Shown here in pieces: positions 1 to 7,854 of a stretch of DNA of 37,319 bases. The stretch covers positions 1 to 37,319 of the forward strand of contig SLCI01000114.1 in assembly GCA_007125875.1 (NCBI GenBank). Direction: 5' to 3'. The stretch's first letter is position 1; each line of letters opens with the position of its first letter. The position numbers were made by a program, and so were the translations under genes. Source of the DNA: Kiritimatiellia bacterium. GTDB lineage: Bacteria; Verrucomicrobiota; Kiritimatiellia; SLAD01. The notes beneath the pieces are model-generated. The model was not told the DNA's origin. It worked only from the letters and a program-made list of their open reading frames with translations, and searched no databases.

Positions 1-190
1 CGGAGCTCTGCGACGCCGCGATCTTGCATAGGCAAATGTAAACCCTTATGCGGCCTCCGGTCTCGCGGAGCTCGACCCTCCACACGCGAGTCAAAGCATA
101 ATAGTCAATTTGAGGGCGGAGCTCTGCGACGCCGCGATAGGAATGGAAAATGGCCAAGCGCTGTGTGGCTTCCGGTCTCGCGGAGTGCGA
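1..190. repeat. Tandem REP doublets (REPIN/BIME-like), GGAG-type 23-bp REP units, 116-bp period; truncated by window start
   Basis: CGGAGCTCTGCGACGCCGCGAT at 1-22 and 117-138. TCCGGTCTCGCGGAG recurs at 56-70 and 171-185. 59-81 reverse-complements to GGAGGGTCGAGCTCCGCGAGACC, same register as TGAGGGCGGAGCTCTGCGACGCC (111-133). Confidence 0.75.
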
Positions 191-276
191 GAGGATCGAC
201 AAATGCGCAGAATGATGAATATTCTGGAAGTAGTGCCGTCTAATGTTGCAGATGGATACATAGAAAGGATTCGATC

Positions 277-990
277 ATGAGCTACCTTAAAAAGTTTTGC
301 GTGTTGGGTCTGGTATTTTCCCTTTCTCCGGCTTGGGCCAATGATGCGGGAGACCTGATCTTTTCTGGCGATCACCCGCGTCGAGCGCGCGTGGAGTTGC
401 TCTATGAAAATGTCGAGCGTCGAATCGATATCACGTCTGAAAACCCGGATCTAAGGCGCACATTTGACGCCGATGTCTTTGCCCTTCGCATTCAGAGCGC
501 GGTAACCCCGACCGCACGGCTGGATTTCGATATTGGAGCCATGAGTGCGGGTGGCGGCAATAATCAGTTGATGGGCGGTGTTGGATTGCGTTTCCTGGCC
601 TTCGAGGAAGGTGCTTGGCGCGGCGGAACGTTTGCCCAAGTTCGATATACCGAAGATTTGCGTGATCGTTTCGATTTGCGAGATGCCGAGAATCAAGATG
701 CTCGCTTTGATCTTGTCGAAGGCGATGCAGGCTTCTTGATTTCGTACCATTTTCCGGTTGCCGGACAGTTTCATATCACGCCCTACGGGGGGCCAGTGGC
801 TTCCGTTCTGCGGCTATCGGGTCGCACGGGTGAAGGCGAAACACGCGAGCGATTCCGTGCCCGGCAAGATCAGATTTTGGGCGTCGTCGCGGGTGTTGGA
901 TTTCAATTTGCCGATGCGACAGGGCTGCGGATTGAGTTCAGATATTTCGATGAGTTCAGCGTCTCGGCTGCCGCCGCACTGACCTTCTGA
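277..990 (+). CDS. Outer-membrane beta-barrel protein (small porin/OmpA-like barrel), exported
   Basis: Signal peptide MSYLKKFCVLGLVFSLSPAWA, alternating hydrophobic beta-strand pattern, C-terminal Phe (AALTF), RBS AAAGGA upstream. Confidence 0.75.
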   Translation: MSYLKKFCVLGLVFSLSPAWANDAGDLIFSGDHPRRARVELLYENVERRIDITSENPDLRRTFDADVFALRIQSAVTPTARLDFDIGAMSAGGGNNQLMGGVGLRFLAFEEGAWRGGTFAQVRYTEDLRDRFDLRDAENQDARFDLVEGDAGFLISYHFPVAGQFHITPYGGPVASVLRLSGRTGEGETRERFRARQDQILGVVAGVGFQFADATGLRIEFRYFDEFSVSAAAALTF

Positions 991-994
991 TCGA

Positions 995-1621
995 TCAGGC
1001 CTTAGCGCGATTATGCCGGCTGAGGATCTGGCCGTTTTGGACGAAATATAGATAACCGGATGCCACGGTAATCAGCGCAACGGCAATCGATACGGCGTAG
1101 GCGATGTATCCGAAGGCCAAATCGTAATTAGCGAGCATTGTGGCATCGCCACCCCGCAGGACATCATGGCGTATCGCCAATCCGAGTAAGATCACGATGA
1201 TGGCTATGATTTGCCAGACCGTCTTGTGCTTGCCCCACTTACCCGCTGAAATGACAATCCCCTTTTCGACTGCCAAGAGGCGGAGTCCTGTCACTAGAAA
1301 CTCCCTTGAGATGATGATGACGACAATGTAGGCAGGGACCAATCCAAGCTCAACAAAACTGACAAACGCGGCGCATACCATGACTTTGTCGGCCAATGGG
1401 TCCATCAGTTTGCCAAAGGCGGTTACGCCGTATGTGGTTCTGGCCAGATAGCCATCCAAATAGTCCGTGATACCCGCAATAATAAAGATGATCAGGGCTA
1501 GGCTTTTCGCAAAAGGAATCGTTTCGGGTAATGACAAAAGCCCCAAGAGAATGGCCGACATGAAGATTCGGCTAATGGTCAGCAAATTCGGTAAGTTCAT
1601 ACTGCGAATGGCACTCATCAC
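995..1621 (-). CDS. pgsA: CDP-diacylglycerol--glycerol-3-phosphate 3-phosphatidyltransferase
   Basis: MNLPNLLTISR start region and CDP-alcohol phosphotransferase motif TDYLDGYLAR...FGKLMDPLADK. True start may be the internal Met at ~1600. Confidence 0.95.
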   Translation of the reverse strand: MMSAIRSMNLPNLLTISRIFMSAILLGLLSLPETIPFAKSLALIIFIIAGITDYLDGYLARTTYGVTAFGKLMDPLADKVMVCAAFVSFVELGLVPAYIVVIIISREFLVTGLRLLAVEKGIVISAGKWGKHKTVWQIIAIIVILLGLAIRHDVLRGGDATMLANYDLAFGYIAYAVSIAVALITVASGYLYFVQNGQILSRHNRAKA

Positions 1622-2316
1622 TTGTCGAGGTAAGGTTCTGGCAACGCATCAATAAGCGGCAATGGCTGTCGTGGCCGAAGACGTTCGGTAGCCGCAGCAG
1701 GACGCTCCGCTGTGCGCGATGATTCTGCCACTGTTTGCTCGGCTACAGGGGACGTTTCTGGTTGTGGCAATGGATCTCGTCTCGCAATTAACCAGACAAT
1801 CAGCACCAGCATAATAATCGCGGACACTTTAAGTGCTTGTTGCAGCTCAATCTCTGGCCACTTCACTGAAGGGCGTTTGGCGACCAAGCGCTTCATACCC
1901 TCGAGGCTCAACCAGGCAGGCCATTGAATTTTACGCCAATCGATTTTCGCCCAAGCGGGCCATTTAAACTGAGGGCGCGGCAGTTTGGGTGTCCAAGCAG
2001 CACTCCCTCCCGACTTTTTATCGGACGCCGAGCGCGATGGCTGATTTTCATCAGGCAGGAGCGGGGCCTTCTCTTTCGGCGCATGACGCTCCATGTACTC
2101 ATCGACTAAAGGTCCCGAATCAAGCTCTAGATAGTCCGCATAAATGCGGATGAAACCTTTGGCGTAGGTCACCGCTGGAATCGCGCTAAAGTCGTCGCGT
2201 TCCATGGCCTCGATGTGCTGAATCTTGATACGCGTGCCCTTTGCCGCTTCTGATGCGGTTAGTTTGCGCTTCAAGCGAGCCGCTTTAAATTTTGCGCCCA
2301 GTGTATCCATAAACAT
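1618..2316 (-). CDS. rodZ: RodZ-like helix-turn-helix membrane protein
   Basis: N-terminal HTH (LGAKFKAARLKRKLT...IEAMERDDF...YAKGFIRIYADYLELD), single TM helix, ftsK-rodZ-pgsA synteny. Short C-terminus. Confidence 0.75.
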   Translation of the reverse strand: MFMDTLGAKFKAARLKRKLTASEAAKGTRIKIQHIEAMERDDFSAIPAVTYAKGFIRIYADYLELDSGPLVDEYMERHAPKEKAPLLPDENQPSRSASDKKSGGSAAWTPKLPRPQFKWPAWAKIDWRKIQWPAWLSLEGMKRLVAKRPSVKWPEIELQQALKVSAIIMLVLIVWLIARRDPLPQPETSPVAEQTVAESSRTAERPAAATERLRPRQPLPLIDALPEPYLDK

Positions 2317-2348
2317 TCCAAGGGTTGAGGAAGGCTACGCTTACCGCC

Positions 2349-4724
2349 TTACCGTTCTTCAACCATTTCATTTTGGGGAATCTCGCCGTCTAAATCGATC
2401 AGAATCTCACGTGGATCGGATCCCTGCGGGGGGCCAATGACCCCCTTCTCCTCCAGTTGGTCCATCAAGCGGGCCGCGCGCGTGTATCCAATCCGAAGCC
2501 TGCGCTGCAAAGAGGAGGTCGAAGCGCGACGTGTTTGACGAATGACTTCGATGGCGGCCTCCATCATTTCGTCATCCTCCTCCATCTCGGGCAACGTCGC
2601 ACTCTTATTTTCGATCTTCTCTTTGATCGCGCCCTCATACTGCGGACCGCCCTGTTCTTTGATGAATCGGACGATATCCCGGATCTCATCATCCGTCGTC
2701 ATCGTGCCCTGCGAGCGAATCAGTTTAGAGCTGCCGGGAGGCAAGAACAGCATGTCACCTTTTCCGAGCAATTTATCCGCGCCGCTGGCATCCAAAATAG
2801 TCCGCGAATCGTTCTTTTGCGCTACTTGGAAAGCAATACGCGCAGGGAAATTGGCCTTAATGGTACCCGTAATGACATTTACCGAGGGCCTTTGCGTGGC
2901 CAAAATCATATGGATACCCACCGCACGCGATAATTGCGCCAAACGGGCAATCGAGTTCTCTATTTCAGCCTGCGCGACCAACATTAAATCGGCCAATTCA
3001 TCCACAATAATCACGATGTAAGGCACTTTATCCGGTATCGCGTGCGGATCATTTTCGTCGACTTCTTCCTCTTCGCCGAACAGGTCCGGCTGTTTGACAA
3101 TTGGACGGCTATTGAAGGCCTTGATATTGCGGACTCCGACTTTTGCGAACAGCTTGTAACGTTTTTCCATTTCATTGATGGCCCAACGCAAGCCGAGCGA
3201 AACTTTTTTGGGGTCTGTGATGACGGGCACAACCAAATGCGGCAATCCCTCGTAGCCTGAGAACTCCACAATCTTGGGATCGATCAGCATCAAACGCATT
3301 TCGTCTGGACGGCGCGACATCAGCAGCCCCGCCAAGATCGAGTTCATACAGACGGTCTTGCCTGCCCCCGTTGCACCGGCAATCAACATATGTGGCATGT
3401 CGGCCAAGTCCGCGACCAACACATGCCCGCCCACATCTTTGCCCAAGGCCAATGGCAAGGCGCACTTATCGCTTTTCCAGGACGGGCTCTCCATGACCTC
3501 ACGCATGAATACCATGGTGGACTTGGAATTGGGGACTTCAATGCCGACCACGCCTTTGCCGGGGATCGGTGCCTGCACACGCACACTTTCCGCCTTCATT
3601 ACCAAGGCAATGTTATTGCTGAGACCCGAAATCTTTTCGAGGCGAACGCCGGGGGCTGGCAACAACTCGAATCGAGTCACCACAGGGCCTTGCTCCACAT
3701 TGGTTACTTTCGCCTCAATGCCAAACTCAGCGAGCGTTTCCTCCAATAGCGCAGAGCCAACCGAGTGATCCTCGGTATACTCAATGTCTTGATTGTTTTG
3801 GAGCGGCGTCAACAAGTCCAGCGGGGGTAATTTATAGCCCGACGGATCGCCTGAATCGGCAGCGGGTACCACGGCGAGAGCGGGCTCATCATCTTTCTTG
3901 GCCGCAGGCTTAGGTGTCGGCTTCCGCTCAACCTTGGCTGGTTTTACCTCGGGTTCGGCCGGAATGGGCGTGGGCACTGGTGTTGGCTCAGGTTCAGGAC
4001 GCTTTGTGCGCCTCAGCTTGGCCGCGGCTTCGGCTTCCTCACGTTTGAGCATAGCGGCTTCCAGACGAGTCCGGCGCGACTCGACCTGCTTAACCTCCTG
4101 CTCCAGCTCCTCCACACGATCTTTACGCTCGGCCAGGCGCTGATTGAACTGATCAATCAAGGCCACGACTGCGGCACCGACTCGCTTGGTAACTTCCCAT
4201 GGATGTACAGCCAGAACAATCGACAGCCCCATCAGCATAACGGCCACAGCCAGAATGCCCGTCCCGACCTGTCCCATCAGTCGTTCAAGGCCTTGCGTAC
4301 CAAGCAAGTACCCAACCAAACCGCCGCGGTTATCAACATTGAGATACTCCATGGCCATTTCCCAGCCACTGCTTTGTATCTGAATGAAAACCGCGAGCGC
4401 AGCGTAGATCGCCCAAATCCACGCCACGCGCGTCCATACCAATCCTTCGCGCCGGACCAGCAACATCACACCCAAGCCAGCAAAGACGGCAGGACAAAGA
4501 TAGCCCGTCACTCCGAAAGCAGCAAAAATGATGAACGAAAACCACGCTCCCGCTGGGCCGACATAATTGCGAGCGGGATCATTGGGAGGTTCGTGATTAA
4601 ACACGATGTCTTCAGGGACATACGAAATCACGCTGAGAAACATCAGGACGCAAAAGGCCAAGAGCAAAATGCCCCACGCTTCGCGCCATCCCGTTCGTCT
4701 GACTTCTGGAATCTTTTTCGCCAT
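2349..4724 (-). CDS. ftsK: DNA translocase FtsK/SpoIIIE
   Basis: N-terminal TM domain, Walker A GATGAGKT, IVDELADLM, ATQRPSV, gamma domain STSSLQRRLRIGYTRAARL. Start taken at MAKK (4724). Confidence 0.97.
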   Translation of the reverse strand: MAKKIPEVRRTGWREAWGILLLAFCVLMFLSVISYVPEDIVFNHEPPNDPARNYVGPAGAWFSFIIFAAFGVTGYLCPAVFAGLGVMLLVRREGLVWTRVAWIWAIYAALAVFIQIQSSGWEMAMEYLNVDNRGGLVGYLLGTQGLERLMGQVGTGILAVAVMLMGLSIVLAVHPWEVTKRVGAAVVALIDQFNQRLAERKDRVEELEQEVKQVESRRTRLEAAMLKREEAEAAAKLRRTKRPEPEPTPVPTPIPAEPEVKPAKVERKPTPKPAAKKDDEPALAVVPAADSGDPSGYKLPPLDLLTPLQNNQDIEYTEDHSVGSALLEETLAEFGIEAKVTNVEQGPVVTRFELLPAPGVRLEKISGLSNNIALVMKAESVRVQAPIPGKGVVGIEVPNSKSTMVFMREVMESPSWKSDKCALPLALGKDVGGHVLVADLADMPHMLIAGATGAGKTVCMNSILAGLLMSRRPDEMRLMLIDPKIVEFSGYEGLPHLVVPVITDPKKVSLGLRWAINEMEKRYKLFAKVGVRNIKAFNSRPIVKQPDLFGEEEEVDENDPHAIPDKVPYIVIIVDELADLMLVAQAEIENSIARLAQLSRAVGIHMILATQRPSVNVITGTIKANFPARIAFQVAQKNDSRTILDASGADKLLGKGDMLFLPPGSSKLIRSQGTMTTDDEIRDIVRFIKEQGGPQYEGAIKEKIENKSATLPEMEEDDEMMEAAIEVIRQTRRASTSSLQRRLRIGYTRAARLMDQLEEKGVIGPPQGSDPREILIDLDGEIPQNEMVEER

Positions 4725-4808
4725 AAGCCCTAACGCTATCAATTACTCGGCTTTCTGTGCAAGCCTCCCGATGCGCCTGTAACAATTCAGGAAAAGCACG
4801 AACCACCC

Positions 4809-4836
4809 TTTGCTCTATGGAATCCTGTGCTATAGT
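4809..4836 (+). promoter_or_regulatory. Putative sigma70 extended -10 promoter
   Basis: TGcTATAGT at 4828-4836, weak -35 (TTTGCT) 16 bp upstream, RBS CAGGAG and ATG at 4865 downstream. Confidence 0.5.
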
Positions 4837-4864
4837 CCATGCGTCTACAACACAGGAGTCAATT

Positions 4865-5254
4865 ATGGCGAGGAATACCACGCTGCTGGGCGCAGCACTG
4901 ATTGTTTTAGGAATAGCGGCCTACATTTTAACCGCGGCCGAGTCGATTACCGCACTCATTCCAATGTTCTTTGGCTTACCCTTGGTGGCCTTGGGTCAGT
5001 TAGGGCAAAAACAAGAGGACAAACGGAAGCACTACATGCATGCAGCGGCTGGAATCGCTTTGCTGGGATTCTTGGGCACTGTGGGCGCAATCCGGTTCGC
5101 CCTCTATCTAGTTTCCGTCGGGCCCGTCCACGTCGACAATCCACCTGCCGTGATCGCACGCAGCATCATGGCGGTGCTTTGCGGGATTTATCTCTATTAC
5201 AGCGTAAAATCCTTCCGCGCTGCCCGAAAAGCGCGCGAAGAGGTTACAGCCTAA
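4865..5254 (+). CDS. Small 4-TM membrane protein (TMEM14-like hypothetical)
   Basis: RBS CAGGAG before ATG 4865, four hydrophobic helices, SITALIP..FG and KHYMHAA motifs. Confidence 0.75.
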   Translation: MARNTTLLGAALIVLGIAAYILTAAESITALIPMFFGLPLVALGQLGQKQEDKRKHYMHAAAGIALLGFLGTVGAIRFALYLVSVGPVHVDNPPAVIARSIMAVLCGIYLYYSVKSFRAARKAREEVTA

Positions 5255-5257
5255 GCG

Positions 5258-5440
5258 TTATACTTTAAGCTCTTTGAGTTTTGCGCGGAGCTGCTTCTCA
5301 TTATAGCGACGGATCTGGGCTTCGGGTACACCGGCTGCGATTAAGCGCTGACGCTGTTCCAGTAAGCGGCGACGGCGGGCCGCACCGGTCTTCTTGGGAC
5401 GCAATAAATTCTTGTTCTTCGTCAATTTAACTCGTGACAT
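5258..5440 (-). CDS. Small, very basic hypothetical protein (60 aa)
   Basis: RBS GAGGA 6 nt before ATG, own promoter candidate, fills the gap without overlap, Lys/Arg-rich. Confidence 0.75.
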   Translation of the reverse strand: MSRVKLTKNKNLLRPKKTGAARRRRLLEQRQRLIAAGVPEAQIRRYNEKQLRAKLKELKV

Positions 5441-5511
5441 CTTCGTTCCTCGTTATGGCTGTAATGAAAATCGGCGGGAAACCGGATCAGGAATTCCTGC
5501 AATGGGCGCAT

Positions 5512-5540
5512 ACCTTAGTCAGCACCCCGCCTCTTGTAAA
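5512..5540 (-). promoter_or_regulatory. Putative sigma70 promoter of the small basic protein
   Basis: Minus strand TTTACA-17 bp-TAAGGT. Confidence 0.55.
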
Positions 5541-5566
5541 CCCCTAAAGCGCACGCTCCTAGGAAA

Positions 5567-6850
5567 CTACGCAGAAAGTTTGCGAATCAAAATACGGGAT
5601 TTGCGCCCGCTGGCCTCGTAGGCTGATTGCCGATCAAGCGGAAGGTCCGCCAAGTTCCCTACCGTAAAACCGCCCTTTTGTTGGAAATAGCTGAAGGCTT
5701 GAGTCGATAGGGCGAATAGACACTTGCAGCCTAATGACTTCGCTTTCGTGCACGCAAACTCAATCAACGCACCACCGATGCCCTGATTTTCATGCGCTTG
5801 TGAGACAAAGAGACATTGTAGTTCCGCACTTTCCTCGCTGGCAAACAAGCGCAGCCCCACACAGGCCACGACATTGCGATCGATCTCAAACACGTAAAAA
5901 TTGGCTAACTGATCCAGCACATCCTGCCGGGTACGAGGCACCAACTCCTCGGCCGCCACCGCCTCGCGAATCAGTGCCATGATCACGCTTACGTCACGCT
6001 TGCGGGCGGGCCTGATCGATTGGTACTCGTTGGCATAGATCATTGTCCCGACGCCCTCATTCGAGAATATCTCGCCCAACAAGGCCTCGTCTTGCAAACC
6101 GTTAATCATATGAACGCGCTGAACACCGTGCTGACATGCGTGCAAGCCATGCTCCAGTTTACTGCGCAAATCAGCGCTCAAAGAAGAAGACTGAGCACGC
6201 AGATAGCTCTCGGCTTCGGCTACAGAAAACTGCGCGCTGAGCGTCCCGCCCTCTGCGATCCCGTTATGCGTGGAGATATAAATCAGCTTCGCGGCTTTTA
6301 GGGTTTCGGCCACTTCGCGGGCGGCCTGATCGGAATTCACCCGAAACGTTTGTCCATTGCCATCGAAACCAACCGGCGGTATGACCGGTATGATGCCCTC
6401 CGCTAAGAGCGTTTTGAGAAATTGGGTATCCACACGCTCTACCTTACCGGTATGGGCAAAATCCTGCCCTTTTCGGATGCCAGCCGGATGAGCAACGATC
6501 GCATTGGTGATGGCCGCACGCACATCGGTCTCGGCCAAGCCTTCCAGAATGTTGTGGCCGAAACGACTTGAGGCCGCGATGGCTAACTCGAGGGTCTGGC
6601 TATCCGTGATCCCCATGCCCTCTAGATCGCTTACTGGACAGCTCAACTGATCGGCCAATCGCTGAATGCCGCAGCTCGCACCATGAACGATCACCACATT
6701 GATATTGAGGCTTCTGAGCACGGATATATCCAGCAACAGATTGCGGAAATTTTCATCCACCAACACCTTGCTGTCTATGCTCAGGACAAATAGCCGGTCC
6801 CGAAACCGCGCCATATAGCCCAAAATACCTCTTAAATCAGTCGCCTTCAT
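5567..6850 (-). CDS. argA: Amino-acid N-acetyltransferase (N-acetylglutamate synthase, AAK + GNAT domains)
   Basis: VVIVHGA, HTGKVERVD, GVQRVHMING...LLGEIFSNEGVGTMI, GNAT motif QGIGGAL, C-terminal YEASGRKSRIL. Start taken at MKATDLRG. Confidence 0.92.
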   Translation of the reverse strand: MKATDLRGILGYMARFRDRLFVLSIDSKVLVDENFRNLLLDISVLRSLNINVVIVHGASCGIQRLADQLSCPVSDLEGMGITDSQTLELAIAASSRFGHNILEGLAETDVRAAITNAIVAHPAGIRKGQDFAHTGKVERVDTQFLKTLLAEGIIPVIPPVGFDGNGQTFRVNSDQAAREVAETLKAAKLIYISTHNGIAEGGTLSAQFSVAEAESYLRAQSSSLSADLRSKLEHGLHACQHGVQRVHMINGLQDEALLGEIFSNEGVGTMIYANEYQSIRPARKRDVSVIMALIREAVAAEELVPRTRQDVLDQLANFYVFEIDRNVVACVGLRLFASEESAELQCLFVSQAHENQGIGGALIEFACTKAKSLGCKCLFALSTQAFSYFQQKGGFTVGNLADLPLDRQSAYEASGRKSRILIRKLSA

Positions 6851-7065
6851 AACGAGAGAAAGCGTTCCCCAAACCTCTCCGAATTGCAAGGCTATAGGGT
6901 GTGTTGATTATTCCGAATTGTGAGCTGAATCCGGCGGCACGCAAGCGGACGCCCTACTTAACGCCGATCAATAGAGATAACAGCAGCGACGCTTAGGCTT
7001 GGATGAATCCCTCCTCTCGGTTAGTCTTATTAGTGGTCATTTTACCTGCACATTTGGGAGTCCTT

Positions 7066-7749
7066 ATGAAATCTATGCTTCGCTATGGTCTGACAGTTTT
7101 CACGTTCGTATCTTTACTTCATTCAGAGGCGGCAGACCTCTACTTCCTGCGTCATGCCCAAACGATGGCGAATGTGACCCGCGAGTACACCGAGGAAAAT
7201 CAACGCGCCTTTTCCCCCATCGGCAAGGAACAAGTGGCTGGCGTTGTGGAAAAACTCGCCGAACATGAATTCGACATTGTACTGGTCAGCCCCGCCTATC
7301 GCACCTTGCATACAGTGTTACCGGTCTTGCATGACCGTGGCATGACGGCTGAAATCTGGCCGGAACTGTATGAATGCTGCTGGGACCGCGAAACGGAGGA
7401 AGAGGAGCCTCAGGTCACTCGGGGGGACCGCATTGAGTTGGATGAGGATACCGCAGCCTTCTTCACCTTCCGCGATGATGATGCCATGTACATGTTGAGT
7501 GTCGACACACCGGCCCGCGGTGAGTTGATGGTGGCGGATGCAGTCGCCCGTCTGCAGGAACGTTTTGCGGGAACAGACAAACGCATACTAATCGTGTCGC
7601 ATTATCATACGAGTGGCCGGATCATGCGCTCGCTGCTAGGCGACGCGGCACCCTGGCGCATTCAGCCCCGGAATGCCGAGCTTTCCCATCTGGAGGAAGT
7701 TGAGGATGGCCAGTGGGTGTTGCGCATGCTCAATGACGAGCCGCAATAG
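7066..7749 (+). CDS. Exported histidine phosphatase family protein
   Basis: RBS GGGAG before ATG 7066, signal peptide ending SEA, LYFLRHAQT (RHG-like), SPAYRT, ILIVSH, RNAELS. Confidence 0.85.
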   Translation: MKSMLRYGLTVFTFVSLLHSEAADLYFLRHAQTMANVTREYTEENQRAFSPIGKEQVAGVVEKLAEHEFDIVLVSPAYRTLHTVLPVLHDRGMTAEIWPELYECCWDRETEEEEPQVTRGDRIELDEDTAAFFTFRDDDAMYMLSVDTPARGELMVADAVARLQERFAGTDKRILIVSHYHTSGRIMRSLLGDAAPWRIQPRNAELSHLEEVEDGQWVLRMLNDEPQ

Positions 7750-7780
7750 AGCGGCTTAAATCTTTGCTCACCAAGATCTC

Positions 7781-7820
7781 CACGTCCTAACGGACGCGGC
7801 TACGACTCAATTGTAGCTGC
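7781..7820. repeat. GTAG-type REP hairpin between convergent genes (possible terminator role)
   Basis: 7781-7803 reverse-complements to GTAGCCGCGTCCGTTAGGACGTG (GTAG foot + CGCGTCC/GGACGTG stem). A second GTAGCTGC foot starts at 7813. Confidence 0.55.
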
Positions 7821-7854
7821 CGCCTGCCTGCCCGCGAGCCTGCGCTGACCATGA

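Noticed and set aside
2457-4733. Antisense ORFs over ftsK (and similar shadows over uvrA, fusA2, lptD, rseP)
   Set aside because: Shadow frames of GC-rich genes, fully overlapping well-supported CDSs.
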